NCBI GenBank assembly: GCA_963815115.1
Contig: CAWFFN010000007.1
Span: 224,001 to 288,000 of the forward strand
Length of the DNA stretch: 64,000 nucleotides
Origin: an uncultured delta proteobacterium
GTDB taxonomy: Bacteria > Desulfobacterota > Binatia > DP-6
Reading direction: 5' to 3'
Shown: positions 29,984 to 42,710 of the stretch, piece by piece
Layout of the letters: every line of letters starts with the position of its first letter
Numbering within the stretch: position 1 is the first letter of the stretch
Notes under the pieces: generated by a model
The model's database searches: none
Told to the model about the DNA's origin: nothing
Seen by the model: only the letters and a program-made list of their open reading frames with translations
Position numbers and translations under genes: made by a program

Positions 29984-30278
29984 GAAAGAGGTGCCCGATG
30001 GTCAGCGGCACGCCAGCGCGCCGCGTTAGATCGCTCGATTGGCGCAGTTCGGGATGAAAGGGCGCAAGAGCCGGCGAGCCGGCTCCTGCACGCGACGCCC
30101 GGGACTCCATTGACAATACCTTGTTTCATGAGTGGATCCGGACATTTTGCTCAGGCGACTCGACCTTGCACGGGCACGCCCGACGTACCAAGGCCGGTTT
30201 GACTGTGGCGCGCAGCGCGGAGAGTGCAGCATCGCTCCGTAGAGCTCAGGCCGCTACGTCTCCGCGTGTGTGCTTCAG

Positions 30279-31871
30279 TCAGCCGAATGCCGCAGCGCCT
30301 CCGACGACCGCGAGAGAGACGCCGAGGAGGGCAAGGATGAGCGGCCAGACGAACCGCAGGTACCTGTCGTAGTCGACCTTTGCGATGGCGAGCCCGCCGA
30401 CCAGGACCACGGAGGTCGGCGACACCAGGAGAGTGAGGCCATGGCCCATGATCCAGGCGGTGATGGTGGTCGGGCGGTTGACTCCGGCAAAGTCGGCGAG
30501 CGGAGCGAGCAGCGGCATGGCCAGGGTGGCGTGGCCAGAGCTGGAGGGGATGAGGAACGCCAGCGGGATGTTGATCAGCTCGATGGCGGCCGCGAAGACT
30601 GCGGCGGATGATCCGCTGACCAGGTGCTCCATCGAATTGAGGATGGTGTCGAGCGTCTGGGTGTTGGTCATGATGACCGACACGCCGCCCGCGAGGAGCA
30701 CCACGAGGGCCGGTCCCATCATGTCGGAGGCGCCGGCGGCGATCAGCCGGACGATCTCCTTCTCGTTGAAGCGCGCAACCAGCCCGACGACGACCGCGGC
30801 GATGATGAACAGCATCGACAGCTGGGGGAACCACCAGCTGAGCTCGAACCAGAAGGGCGCCGCAGCGGTCTTGTGCAGGTACAGGTCGTCGGCCGGCCCG
30901 GTGGTGGCTCCCAGGATGCTCGACCACGGGACCACGGAGAAGATCATCAGGCCGAACGTCAGCGCGGTGATGGCGAGTACCCAGTTCTGCGTTCTCGTCA
31001 GCGTGAGCGCACTGACCGGCGGCTGGCGTTCGAGGTCAGCGGTCATCCGGTTGGCGGCGGTCGCCTGGTCCCCGTCGGGGCCGTCCCAGCCGACGAGCGA
31101 CGCGCTCGGGTCACGGCGGACCTTCGCGGCGTACCGCAGCACCCAGGCCACCGCGATCGTGGTGAGCACGGCCCAGAGGGCGACCCGCAGCGCGATCCCG
31201 TCGCCGATGGAGACGGCAGTCTCTCCGGCCGCGACGCCGATCGAGAACGGGTTCACCGTGGCGCCCATGACGCCGACGAGAGCGCCGATGATGATCATTG
31301 CGGCGGTGACGAGACGGTCGTAGCCGAGCGCGGCCATCAGCGGAAGGAACAACGCGTAGAAGCCGAGGGTCTCCACCGAGAAGCCCATCGTCGAGCCGAG
31401 CAGGGAGAAGAGCACCATCACGGCGGTGATGAGCAGCCAGCCCTTGGACCGCAGCCGGTTCGCCAGCGCCGCCACCGCGACCTCCAGGCTCTTGGTGGCG
31501 AAGGAGACGGAGATGAACGCGCCGATCGACATGATGAAGACGATCACGCCGATCTGGCCGAAGATCCTACCGACGGTCTCGGTGCTGACGAAGGTCGTGT
31601 CGGGGTTGCGGAGCCCGTACACGCCGTTGACCGGAGCCAGGACCAGCTGTTGCAGCGTCTCCCCGAAGTCGAGCGGAGAAGGCACGTGGTGGAAGCTTCC
31701 AGGGATCGGGGAGCCGTCCGCCGCAGTCTTGTACTGGCCGGCGGGGAGGAACAGTGCGGCGATCCAGACCAGTAGCGTAACGATGGCCAGCGTCGTGACG
31801 GCGGACGGGAACTGGAACGACCGCCTCGCGCTGGGTCTGGGCTCGGCTTTCGAGGCCGCCTCGGTGGCCAC
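30279..31871 (-). CDS. YfcC family transporter (ArcD/C4-dicarboxylate carrier-like)
   Basis: FPSA, TVNPFSIGVA, IPSSSGHA and SPTS motifs; multiple TM segments. Confidence 0.88.
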   Translation of the reverse strand: MATEAASKAEPRPSARRSFQFPSAVTTLAIVTLLVWIAALFLPAGQYKTAADGSPIPGSFHHVPSPLDFGETLQQLVLAPVNGVYGLRNPDTTFVSTETVGRIFGQIGVIVFIMSIGAFISVSFATKSLEVAVAALANRLRSKGWLLITAVMVLFSLLGSTMGFSVETLGFYALFLPLMAALGYDRLVTAAMIIIGALVGVMGATVNPFSIGVAAGETAVSIGDGIALRVALWAVLTTIAVAWVLRYAAKVRRDPSASLVGWDGPDGDQATAANRMTADLERQPPVSALTLTRTQNWVLAITALTFGLMIFSVVPWSSILGATTGPADDLYLHKTAAAPFWFELSWWFPQLSMLFIIAAVVVGLVARFNEKEIVRLIAAGASDMMGPALVVLLAGGVSVIMTNTQTLDTILNSMEHLVSGSSAAVFAAAIELINIPLAFLIPSSSGHATLAMPLLAPLADFAGVNRPTTITAWIMGHGLTLLVSPTSVVLVGGLAIAKVDYDRYLRFVWPLILALLGVSLAVVGGAAAFG

Positions 31872-32243
31872 GGCTGGGAGTTTCGCTCCGGAACTCGATG
31901 AGTCGCTGATCCTAGAACTCGACGGGAACGACGATCGGCGGGCAGATCATGCAGTGCCCTCCGCCGTCTCGCTCCAGCTGCGGGTGTCTGCCGGCGTGAG
32001 CGCACCGGTCGGCAAGGGTCGTCGTCACTGCATCACCTTCCTCGCCATGTCATCCGAGGGCGATGTCTTGGGCACGCGCTGGTTGACGCTGGACCGGTCG
32101 GGCGGGGTGGACGAGACGGAATCTGCCGCCTGCTCGCCCTTAGGGAAATCCATCGAGAGAGTCAATCACATTCGCTGACGCACCACCCTCGAGCTCACCG
32201 CGCAATCAGGGGACAGCTCCTACGCTTCGTTTGCAGCGCGGCG

Positions 32244-33554
32244 TCAGCCCCTGCCCGAGCGCCGGACATATGAACGGACCCGCCGGATCCGCCGCTGCAC
32301 CCGGCGGGCCTTCTCGCTCAGCCACTTGTAGAACGAGGCTCCCACCAGCGTACCCAGCGCGATCGAGGCCATCGCGAACACCACGGTCGTCAGGCCCTCG
32401 AGTCCCGCCGCGCGGTCTCCCAGCATGCGCGCCACACTCTCCAGCCCGAGCGATCCGGGCACGAGCAGCCAGAAGCTCGGCAGGAAGGTCACCGTCGCCG
32501 GCGGCCCCCGGAAGCGCTGCTGGATCAGGTAGGCGAGCGGCGTGGCGACCAGGGTACCGAAGAAGCCGCTGATCATGCTGCCGAACAGCCCTGCACCCAG
32601 CCGCTGAGCCGCCAGCGCGACGAACATCACGAAGAGCATCCACCCGAGGGACCTCGGCGGCGCGGAGAGGTGGATGTACAGGCCGACTCCGAAGAGGACC
32701 ACGCCGGCCGCCGCGGCCCACGGCGCTCCCGTGACCTGTGTGGTCGGTTCGAGGAGGTACGTGCTCGGTTCCCCCACCAGCGTCGCGCCCGCCACGAGCC
32801 CGAACGCGAGCAGCACCAGCTGCACGAAGCCGGTGATGAGTCGGCTCGAGCCGCTCACCATGTCGCCGTATGCGAGCTCCTTCATGCTGAGCGCGAGCAT
32901 GGCGCCCGGCAGGAAGGTGACCAGCGGCGGCACGACCGCCGACAACGCATTCACCGCCAGGCCTCGCTTCTCGGCGTACAGGACGAGCGCTGACACGAGC
33001 GCCGCCGCCACGACCGGCAGCGGGACCGCGAGCATCGTGCGTCCCCTGTTGAGCTCCTTCAGGACCCCGATCACGGTGCCGAGCGCCGCCGCCGCGACGA
33101 GATTGTCGAGCGAAGGCCGGAGCACGATCGCCAGCCCGACCGTCAGGATCGTGTGGCCCACGATGCTGCCGACGGGTCCGAAGCGCGCGGGTGTGCGCAG
33201 GATCGCCGCCAGTCGCTCCAGGCCTTCGCGCGGCGTCATCTCGCCGCGTTGAGCGGCGTCTCCCAGCACGTACACCTCGGCGATCTGGTCCAGACGCAGG
33301 GTCTGTGCCGGTCCCTCGGACAGGGTCACCCGCTCGCCTTGGCCGTCGTCCAGCGAGATGAACACGGCAGTCGGGAACGTCACGACCCGCGCTCCGCGCA
33401 TGCCGTATGCCAGCGCGACGTCGCGCACGATGCGCTCCAGTTCGGCCGTCTGCTCACCGCAGGCGAGATACGCCTGCGCGAGGCGGAACAGGAACTCGAG
33501 CAGGGCGGGTGTTTCGCTTGGCGCCAACTCGGCGGTACGGGGCTGCATGGCCAC
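32244..33554 (-). CDS. Threonine/serine exporter, ThrE family
   Basis: FPTAVF, FLPGAML, VSGSSRL and LLVPG motifs; about 10 TM segments. Confidence 0.85.
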   Translation of the reverse strand: MAMQPRTAELAPSETPALLEFLFRLAQAYLACGEQTAELERIVRDVALAYGMRGARVVTFPTAVFISLDDGQGERVTLSEGPAQTLRLDQIAEVYVLGDAAQRGEMTPREGLERLAAILRTPARFGPVGSIVGHTILTVGLAIVLRPSLDNLVAAAALGTVIGVLKELNRGRTMLAVPLPVVAAALVSALVLYAEKRGLAVNALSAVVPPLVTFLPGAMLALSMKELAYGDMVSGSSRLITGFVQLVLLAFGLVAGATLVGEPSTYLLEPTTQVTGAPWAAAAGVVLFGVGLYIHLSAPPRSLGWMLFVMFVALAAQRLGAGLFGSMISGFFGTLVATPLAYLIQQRFRGPPATVTFLPSFWLLVPGSLGLESVARMLGDRAAGLEGLTTVVFAMASIALGTLVGASFYKWLSEKARRVQRRIRRVRSYVRRSGRG

Positions 33555-33837
33555 CCCCCACCTACCGAACGGTGTCCATCGATCAAGTGCGCTCCGGCTT
33601 CACCTCGGTGAGCTGGCGGCTCATGGCGGGGCTTGCCGGTGGAGCGTGGCTCGCCCGCTGTGCACCTCGTCGTCGCGGCCTGATGGCCGATCTTCCCGCC
33701 CGGCGCGTGCTTCGCGCTCTGCAGCGGGCGGGCTCCATGCTCATGCGGCGGCGCGGGTCTGCGATCGCAGCGGATCGGGGAAGGCGCGGCGGGTCATGTG
33801 CGTGACCCCGGCAGCGTGATCAGCGGCGAGAGTTCGT

Positions 33838-34463
33838 TTACGCCCCGCCCAGGCGTGCCAGGGTGTGGCGCACGGCGGCGGCGACGTCGGGCGAGCGCAC
33901 GAGCGCGTCGATCATGGCGACGGCGTCGGCGCCGGCGGCGCGGACGGCGGCCGCCGCGTCCGGAGTGACACCCCCGATGGCGACCAGCGGCAAGGAAACG
34001 GCGGCGCGCACGGCGCGCACCAGATCGAGGCCTCGCGGCGGAAGGGCGCCGCGCTTGGTGGCGGTCACGAACACGGGGCCGACGCCGACGTAGTCGGCGC
34101 CATCCCCGGCGGCCGCGCGGGCCTGCGCGACGTCGTGGGTCGAGACGCCGACCAGGGGGCCGGGGCCGAGGACGGCGCGGGCGGCCGCCACCGGCAGGTC
34201 GTCCTGGCCGAGGTGGACGCCGTCCGCGTGCGCCGCCAGCGCCACGTCGGGGCGGTCGTTGACCAGCAGCAGCGCGCCCGCCCGCGTCGTCTGCACCCGC
34301 ACGGCGCGCGCCGCGGCGAGCAGCTCGCGGCTGCTGGCGTCCTTCAGCCGGAGCTGCAGGAGCCGTGCGCCACCGGCGAGGAGGGCCGCCGCGAGGTCCT
34401 CAGCGGTTCGACCGGTGTCGAGCGGGTCGACGATGGCATAGAGCGGCGGGAGCGCGAGCCGGC

Positions 34464-34467
<4 letters not shown>
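33838..34467 (-). CDS. thiE: Thiamine phosphate synthase
   Basis: QLRLK, VNDR, GVHLGQDD, GVSTH, GPVFVTATK and AIGG motifs. Confidence 0.95.
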
Positions 34468-35898
<1,431 letters not shown>

Positions 35899-35918
<20 letters not shown>

Positions 35919-37041
35919 GATCCTCACTGACCGGAAGGGTGACGATGAAGCGGGTACCGCGTCCGGGGCGCGGCTCGTAGACGATGATGCCCCCGTGCTC
36001 GGCGACGATGCGATGGCAGACCGCCAGCCCGAGGCCGGTCCCGCGGGCCTTGGTGGTGAAGAAGGGCGAGAAGAGATGGCTCCGGGCGTCCTCGGGGATG
36101 CCCGGGCCGTCGTCCGCGATCGTGACCGAGAGGAACTGGTTGCGATGCGAGCGGCGGCGAACGTGGTAGCGCGTCTCGATGCGGGTCGCGACCGTGAGCT
36201 CGCCGTGACCCCCGAGGGCCTCGACCGCGTTGCGCACCAGGTTCAAGAACACCTGCGTGAGCTGCGCCCGGTCGCCCAGCACCTCGGGGAGGCTGGGGTC
36301 GAACTCGGTGCGAAGGGCGGTGGTTCCCCAGTCCGGGGCCTGGCGCTGGAGAGCGAGGACGTCGTTCAGGATGCGGTGGATGTTCAGCGGCGCGAGCTGC
36401 AGGCGGGGCGGGGTGCCGAGGCTCTTCAGCTGCTCGATCAGCTCGTCGAGACGATCGACCTCGCGGACGATGATGTCGGTGGCCTGGATCTGGCCCTGGT
36501 CCATGAGCTGAGCGCGGAGGAGCTGGGCGGCTCCCTTGATGCCACCGAGGGGGTTGCGGATCTCGTGGGCGAGCCCGAGCGCGACGTCGCCGAGGGCCGC
36601 CAGCTGATCGGCCCGGCGCGTGGTGATGTCGAGCGCGCGCTCGAGGGTGAGGTCGTGGAGCACCAGAACGACGCCGCGCAGCTCGCCCTGCTCGTCGTGT
36701 ACCGGAGCGCAGGAAGCGCTCACCGCGATCTCGTGCTCGCGAGCCCGGAGGCGGTCCTCGCCTCGCCGTCGCGCCAGTCCTTGCTCCAGCGTCGATAGGG
36801 CGAGCTCGGCCAGCCACGCGTTCGCCGAACGGTCACCGAAGAGATCCTGGATCGGGAGGCCGAGCGCCTGGGAGGCGGCGACTCCGGTGAGATGCTCCGC
36901 GGCGGGATTGAGGGCGCTCAGGATGCCGGCGGCATCGAGGGCGATGACGCCGTCGGAGATGCTCGCCAGGACGTCGGCCCAGCGCAGGCGATCGGCCCCC
37001 CGCGGGCTCCCCTCCCGTCTGGGATGGGTGCGCGGCGGCAC
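35899..37041 (-). CDS. ntrB: NtrB-like PAS histidine kinase
   Basis: LAHEIRNPLGGIKGAAQLL H-box; NLVRNA, DDGPG and FFTTK..GTGLGL motifs; start uncertain (37041 or 37098). Confidence 0.85.
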
Positions 37042-37042
37042 G

Positions 37043-37402
37043 CTAGAGGTCGTCCTCGCCGCCCGCGTCGCCACCGTCCGCCTCGCCGGCTCCGTCACCC
37101 GCCTCGAGCTCGTCCACCATCTCGTCGAAGTCCTCGCCGGCGTCCTCGCCCAGCTCCTTGCCCATCTTGCGCATCCAGCGTGCGACGGTCTTCGGGTCGT
37201 TCTCGTCGAGGCCGGCCGCGTCGTCGCCGAGGCCGTCCATGCGGTCGTCGTCCGAGCGCGGCATCGCGAAGCGGGACATCAGGCGGCTCAGATGGGCGCT
37301 CCCGCACCGGTCGCAGGTCGGCGAGACCTCCTCCGAGATGCGGAGCGTGAGCACGGTGACCTTTTTGCCGCACCCCGCGCAGCGGTACTCGTAGATCGGC
37401 AT
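37043..37402 (-). CDS. FmdB family zinc-ribbon protein
   Basis: MPIYEYRCAGCG...CDRCGS. Confidence 0.9.
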   Translation of the reverse strand: MPIYEYRCAGCGKKVTVLTLRISEEVSPTCDRCGSAHLSRLMSRFAMPRSDDDRMDGLGDDAAGLDENDPKTVARWMRKMGKELGEDAGEDFDEMVDELEAGDGAGEADGGDAGGEDDL

Positions 37403-37468
37403 GACGGCGGGATTATAACGCCCCGCGCCACCCAGGCCAGCCGGGCAGGTGCCAGGGCGAAGGACGAT

Positions 37469-38896
37469 CTACTTGGCAGCCTTGGCCGCGAAGCCCTTCT
37501 CGCCGTAGGTGAGGGTGGCCTTCTTGCCGTTCATGACCGTGTCGAGCACCACGTCGCGTCCCCAGAGCCGGTGTACGTAGGAGAGGGTGCGCTCGGCGTT
37601 CTCGAGCTGCAGGTCGCGGCCGTCGTGGGCGTGGGAGAGCAGGAGGGTGCGGTTGCCCCCGTGGTCGGCGTCCTCGATCCGGATGACCGGCACGGAGCCC
37701 ATGCCGACGCTTTTCAGCAGCAGCTCCTTCACCGTCCGCCAGCCTTCCTCGTCGGACACGTCGCTGATCACGAGGTCGTCGCCGCGAGGCTCGATGCGGA
37801 TGAGATCGAGCTCCCGCATGAGCTCCTCGCCCAGCCAGCGGCGGATGAACGACACGTCACGGTCGACCTCGCGGGTCTCGAAGAGCAGGTCGCGCCCGGT
37901 CTTGCCGGGCGGAATCCGCTCGCGCTCGTCGGGCGTCGGATCGTTGCCGCAGCGCTCGATGTCCTCCCACATGCGCAGCCCGAGGTGGTAGGGGTTGAGC
38001 CCTCCCGGGATCGGCCGCACCACCTGGTTGTGGCGGACGAGGAACTCGAGGTGTAGCGCCTGCGGCAGGTCGAGGCTGTCGAGGATGCGCTTGTGCCAGA
38101 ACGAGGCCCAGCCCTCGTTCATGATCTTGGTCTCGATCTGCGGGATGAAGTACTGCGCGCTCTCGTGGACGATGGTGAGGAGATCGCGTTCCCAGTTGGT
38201 GAGGAAGGGATTGTGGTCGCGGATGAACAGGAGGACGTCCTCCTCGGGCGACGGGGGCGTGCGCTTCAAGTCGACCTCGACCTGCTCCTGGCGCTTGTGG
38301 ATCTTCTGGAAGGGATCCGGGGGGCGGATCGCCGCTTCCGCCAGGCGATCACGCTCCGCGGCGGTCGAGAGCTTGCGTACGGCGAGGTTGCGGCGGCACT
38401 GCAGCGACAGCGAGTGGGCGGCATCGAGAATCGACTCGACCTTGTCGGAGCCGATGCTCGGATCCTCGGCGTAGCTGCGTACCCGATCGGCGTGCGACTT
38501 GAACGTGCCGGTGGTGAACTCGGCGCGCGTGGAGCCGAAGGTGAAGTTGGACTTGAAGAAGTCGTTGTGCCCGTAGACGTGGGCGATGGTGAGGATCTGG
38601 AGGCAGAGGGTGTTGTCCCGCATCAGGTAGGCGAGGGCGGGACTCGAGTTGATCACCATCTCGTACGGCAATCCGGAGACGCCGTGGTCGTACAGGGTCT
38701 TCAGCTTCTCGTAGGCCTTGCCGTACGACCAGTGGGGGTAGTGCGACGGCATGCCCGAGTAGGCCATGTAGCCGAGCATCTGGTTGTGGTCGCACAGCTC
38801 GAACTCCTGCGCATAGCAGTCGAGACCGAACTCCTCGACCTTCTCGCGGACGCGGGCGTCCCAGTACTCGAGATCCTTGACCGTGTAGTTGGCCAC
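37469..38896 (-). CDS. SpoVR/YcgB family protein
   Basis: YPHWSYGK, YEMVINS, AHVYGHNDFFK and TKIMNEGWAS motifs; GTG start at 38896. Confidence 0.93.
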   Translation of the reverse strand: MANYTVKDLEYWDARVREKVEEFGLDCYAQEFELCDHNQMLGYMAYSGMPSHYPHWSYGKAYEKLKTLYDHGVSGLPYEMVINSSPALAYLMRDNTLCLQILTIAHVYGHNDFFKSNFTFGSTRAEFTTGTFKSHADRVRSYAEDPSIGSDKVESILDAAHSLSLQCRRNLAVRKLSTAAERDRLAEAAIRPPDPFQKIHKRQEQVEVDLKRTPPSPEEDVLLFIRDHNPFLTNWERDLLTIVHESAQYFIPQIETKIMNEGWASFWHKRILDSLDLPQALHLEFLVRHNQVVRPIPGGLNPYHLGLRMWEDIERCGNDPTPDERERIPPGKTGRDLLFETREVDRDVSFIRRWLGEELMRELDLIRIEPRGDDLVISDVSDEEGWRTVKELLLKSVGMGSVPVIRIEDADHGGNRTLLLSHAHDGRDLQLENAERTLSYVHRLWGRDVVLDTVMNGKKATLTYGEKGFAAKAAK

Positions 38897-38904
38897 CGGC
38901 CGCC

Positions 38905-40119
38905 TCAGCTCTGGTCCCGGGCGCCGCGATCCTTGCCCAGGAACGCCTTGAAGGAGGGCCAGATGTCCTCCTTGCGCTCGATGAGGACGGTCTGGAAGTT
39001 GTCGGCGTCGAGGCGGCGGAAGATGTTCAGCATGGAGCTCTCGTAGTAGCGGGAGCCGAGCGGCTTGATCTCGCCGTAGCCGAAGAGGTTGCAGACGTCG
39101 CTGAGGTCGCGCGCGGCGCGCAACGCCTGGGGGTTGTCGGAGTCGAAGTTGTCGCCGTCGGAGCAATGGAAGGCGTAGATGTTCCAGAGCGACGGGTGGT
39201 AGCGCGCCTGCACGATGTCGAGGGCCTTCAGATAGGCGGACGAGATGAACGTGCCCCCGGACTCGCCCTTGTGGAAGAACTCCTCCTCCGTGACCTCCTT
39301 GGCCTCGGTGTGATGGGCGATGAAGGCGATCTCGACGTTGCGATACTTGGTGCAGATGAACTGGTAGAGGAGGAAGAAGAAGCTGCGCGCCAGGTACTTC
39401 TTCATCGTGTCCATCGAGCCGGACGTGTCCATCAGGCAGAGGACCACCGCGTTGGACTCCTTGCGCGTGTCGGTGATCATGTGCCGGTAGATGAGGTCGT
39501 CGTCGTGGAACGGGAAGCGGCGCGGCGACTGCGATTCGGGCGCGGCCGGCGAGTCGAGGCGATCGGCGGTCTGATGCTGGATCACGGCCATGCGCCGGCG
39601 AGCCCGTTCGCGGGCCGTCCGGCGCTTGTCGAGACGGATGCGAATGCCGACCGAGCGATAGCCCTTGCGCTTCGACATCCGGAAGGCCTCGATCTGCCGC
39701 AAGGCCTTGCGCTCGAGGTCGGGGAGCTCGAGATCCTCGAACATGATGTCGATGAGCTCCTCGAGCGTGACGTCGGTCTCGTAGTAGTCGGCGCCGGGCT
39801 GGTCGCCGGCCTTGTCCTCGCCGGCGCCCTGCGAGCGCGCCTTGCCGACCACCTGGCCGCTCTCGGAGTCGCCGTTGCCCTGCCCGACGCCGGGCGCGTT
39901 GTCGCCGTAGACGAAGCGGTACTCGCGGATCCCGCGGATCGGCACCTTGATGATGCGATCGCGGTTCTGCCCGATGATGGACTCCTCCGCGATGATGTCC
40001 GCGATGTTCTCGCGGATGGACTCGCGGACCTTCAGGCGATGCCGCGCACGGTCACCGGCGGAGCGGTCGCTCCGTTCGGCGTCCGACGGCGTGTACGGAC
40101 GGAAGATGGCGTCGGTCAT
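38905..40119 (-). CDS. YeaH/YhbH (DUF444) protein
   Basis: MDTSGSM vWA motif; ESGGT and HCSDGDN motifs. Confidence 0.93.
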   Translation of the reverse strand: MTDAIFRPYTPSDAERSDRSAGDRARHRLKVRESIRENIADIIAEESIIGQNRDRIIKVPIRGIREYRFVYGDNAPGVGQGNGDSESGQVVGKARSQGAGEDKAGDQPGADYYETDVTLEELIDIMFEDLELPDLERKALRQIEAFRMSKRKGYRSVGIRIRLDKRRTARERARRRMAVIQHQTADRLDSPAAPESQSPRRFPFHDDDLIYRHMITDTRKESNAVVLCLMDTSGSMDTMKKYLARSFFFLLYQFICTKYRNVEIAFIAHHTEAKEVTEEEFFHKGESGGTFISSAYLKALDIVQARYHPSLWNIYAFHCSDGDNFDSDNPQALRAARDLSDVCNLFGYGEIKPLGSRYYESSMLNIFRRLDADNFQTVLIERKEDIWPSFKAFLGKDRGARDQS

Positions 40120-40144
40120 CCGGGTCGGCTTGCCCGGGAGACCC

Positions 40145-42076
40145 TCAGTCCTTCCAGAGGTTGTTGGCGGCGTACTTGAGCACGACGTCGACGCAGCTCA
40201 TGCAGTAGCCGGACTCGAGGAGGTTCTGGACCATGGCGTCGTATTTCTCGGTCTGCTCCTCGTCACGGGTCCGCGCCTTGGTGATGATCCGGCTGATGTC
40301 ACGGACGGAGGTCATCAGCTTCTTCTCGATGGCCTCCTTGAGGGGCTCGTAGGAGCGGTAGGACACGCGCTCCCCTCGCCGGCTGGACGCCCAGAGATAC
40401 GCGATGACCTCCTGCCGGAAACCCTCTGCCGCGGAACCGATGATCGCGATCTGCTCCTCGATGGACTTGAGGAATCCCTCGTCGGGCTGCAGCTCCTCCT
40501 TGGTGTTCCGGTCCTTGACCCTCGTCTTGTTGACGAACGCCTCGGCGTGGTCGAGGTAGTTCTGGAAGAGCGCCTCGGCCTGCTCCTGGTAGGAGAAGAC
40601 GAAGGCCTTGGTGATCTCCTTCTCGAGAATCTCGAGGTACTCCTTGTGCAGCACGTCCTGGAGGAACTCGAGATACTGCTTGCGATTGTCGTCGGGAAGG
40701 TCGGTCTCCTTCACCATGTTGATCAGCGCCTCGCGGACGTTGATCGGATTGATGCAGTTGCCTTCGACGTTGTCGGACAGCGCATTGTCGAGGGCCTTCA
40801 TGATGAAGCGGGTGGAGATGCCGTTCATGCCCTCGCGCTTGGTGTCGTCACGCAGCTCCTGGGCGTCGAGCTTCTTGGTCTTGCCCTTCTCGACGACCTC
40901 TTCGCCGTTGTAGAGCTTGAGCTTCGTCATGAGGTCGCACTTGGGCGTCGGCTCGAGGCGCGACAGGATCGCGAACATCGAGGCCACGTCGAGCGTGTGC
41001 GGCGCGACGTGGGCGCGGAAGTCCGAGTGGCGGATGATCTTCTGGTAGATCTTCACCTCCTCGGAGAGGCGCAGGTTGTACGGCACCTTCACGACGACGA
41101 TGCGGTCGAGGATGGCCTCGTTCGTGTGATCGGCCTTGAACTTCTGCCACTCCGCCTCGTTGGAATGGGCGACGATGCAGGTGTCGACGTAGACCATGCC
41201 GTGACGGCCGGGCGCGGGAATGACCTTCTCCTGCGTCGCGGTGATCATGGCGTGGAGATACTCGGTCTCGTTCTTGAAGACCTCGATGAACTCGACCATG
41301 CCGCGGTTGCCGACGTTGAGGGCGCCGTTCAGGTCGAGCACGCGGGGATCGCCCTCACTGTAGAGGTCGAGCTTCGAGATGTCCTCGCTGCCGATCAGGA
41401 CCGAGGTGTCCTGGTTGTTCGGGTCGACCGGCGGCACGACGCCGATGCCGACGCGGTTGCGCTTGGAGAACTCGCGCGTGACGACCGGGAACTCCTCGTA
41501 GCGCGTGCTGAACTCCTCCTTCAGGCGGAAGCGGCACACCGGGCACAGGTCGCCCTCGATGTTGACGCCGAGCATCTTCTCGAATTCCTTGCGCAGGTGG
41601 CGGGGGAGGAGGTGGAGCGGCTCTTCGAACATCGGACAGCCGTCGATCGTGTACACGGCGTCGGATTGTTCGAGGCCACGCTGCAGCTTTTCCACCAGGG
41701 AGCTCTTGCCGGAGCCGACGGGCCCCATCAGGTAGAGCACCTGGCGACTCTCCTCGCCCTTCAGCGACGCGGAGTGGAAGTAGCGGACGATCTGACTGAT
41801 CGTCTTCTCGATCCCGAAGAACTCGTCGCGAAAGAAATTGTAGACCTTGAGCGCCTCGTCTTTGTAGAGGCGTTTCACGCGCGGGTCTTCGGACTGGAGG
41901 ATGTCCTGCGTCCCGTCTCGCATGATCATGTCGTAGAGACGGCCGTGGGTGAGCTTCGAGAGGCCAGGACCCTGGCGAACCATCTCGAGGTACTCCAGGA
42001 ACGTCCCGCGCCAGCGCTTCGATTCGCGCGCCGCGCGGTCTTCGCGGATCAACTGCTCGAAGGAGGGCTTGTCCAT
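40145..42076 (-). CDS. prkA: PrkA/YeaG family serine kinase / AAA protein
   Basis: GPVGSGKS, CPMFEEPL, NRGMVEFIE, HSNEAEW and EGMNGISTR motifs. Confidence 0.95.
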   Translation of the reverse strand: MDKPSFEQLIREDRAARESKRWRGTFLEYLEMVRQGPGLSKLTHGRLYDMIMRDGTQDILQSEDPRVKRLYKDEALKVYNFFRDEFFGIEKTISQIVRYFHSASLKGEESRQVLYLMGPVGSGKSSLVEKLQRGLEQSDAVYTIDGCPMFEEPLHLLPRHLRKEFEKMLGVNIEGDLCPVCRFRLKEEFSTRYEEFPVVTREFSKRNRVGIGVVPPVDPNNQDTSVLIGSEDISKLDLYSEGDPRVLDLNGALNVGNRGMVEFIEVFKNETEYLHAMITATQEKVIPAPGRHGMVYVDTCIVAHSNEAEWQKFKADHTNEAILDRIVVVKVPYNLRLSEEVKIYQKIIRHSDFRAHVAPHTLDVASMFAILSRLEPTPKCDLMTKLKLYNGEEVVEKGKTKKLDAQELRDDTKREGMNGISTRFIMKALDNALSDNVEGNCINPINVREALINMVKETDLPDDNRKQYLEFLQDVLHKEYLEILEKEITKAFVFSYQEQAEALFQNYLDHAEAFVNKTRVKDRNTKEELQPDEGFLKSIEEQIAIIGSAAEGFRQEVIAYLWASSRRGERVSYRSYEPLKEAIEKKLMTSVRDISRIITKARTRDEEQTEKYDAMVQNLLESGYCMSCVDVVLKYAANNLWKD

Positions 42077-42226
42077 TGACGTGAGCTCCTCTCGGCTCGC
42101 CGTATAGTCAGCTGCATCAGGGGCCGGCTCGACCGGTCTTCCCCCCTGCGATGGTCAGCGCTGCGTCGCAAAGAACCACCGTCGCAATACCGGGCACGCT
42201 GCATTGGCGCTCCGGGATCCGAACGA

Positions 42227-42242
42227 AGCAAGCCTTGTGCCG
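42227..42242 (-). promoter_or_regulatory. Sigma54 promoter of the prkA operon
   Basis: CGGCAC-AAGGC-TTGCT on the - strand, a near-consensus -24/-12 site. Confidence 0.75.
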
Positions 42243-42521
42243 TGACGGAAAGATGCAGGCCTGTGGCGAGGTGACAGGCCCCATTCCTTCAATCCCGTGC
42301 AGGGTGCGGGGGATGACTCCCTCCGACGAACTCAGCGTCTCGCTGTGCCGCGCCGCTCCCGACTTCCACAACCACCTCAGACGTGCGTTCGGACGCTCTC
42401 GGATCGCCCCTACACGCAAAGCGTGGGCCAGGTTACCGCGCAGCCCGCACGGTGTCAAGTTTCGTCGGTGGCGCCAGGACTTCGGCGCGCGAGGCGCACG
42501 GCGTCAACGGAGAGAGCAGAG

Positions 42522-42593
42522 TGGTCCCAGGGGGAATCGAACCCCCGCTACCGACGTGAGAGGCCGGTGTCCTAGCCGCTAGACGATGGGACC
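42522..42593 (-). tRNA. tRNA-Glu(CTC)
   Basis: Cloverleaf with GGTCCCA/TGGGACC acceptor stem, anticodon loop CTCTCAC, and GTTCGA. Confidence 0.95.
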
Positions 42594-42601
42594 GGCGGGA
42601 G

Positions 42602-42674
42602 CTGAGGAGGGAGGACTCGAACCTCCAATCGCCTGATCCAGAGTCAGGTGGCTTACCAATTAGCCCACTCCTCA
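42602..42674 (-). tRNA. tRNA-Gln(CTG)
   Basis: TGAGGAG/CTCCTCA acceptor stem; CCTGA-CTCTGGA-TCAGG anticodon arm; GTTCGAG. Confidence 0.95.
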
Positions 42675-42710
42675 AGAACGCGCGGACGCTAGTGCAAGGG
42701 ATGCGGGGAG

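Noticed and set aside
31872-32243. Possible small ORF or RNA between the yfcC-like and thrE-like genes
   Set aside because: No convincing frame, motif or structure could be identified by eye.
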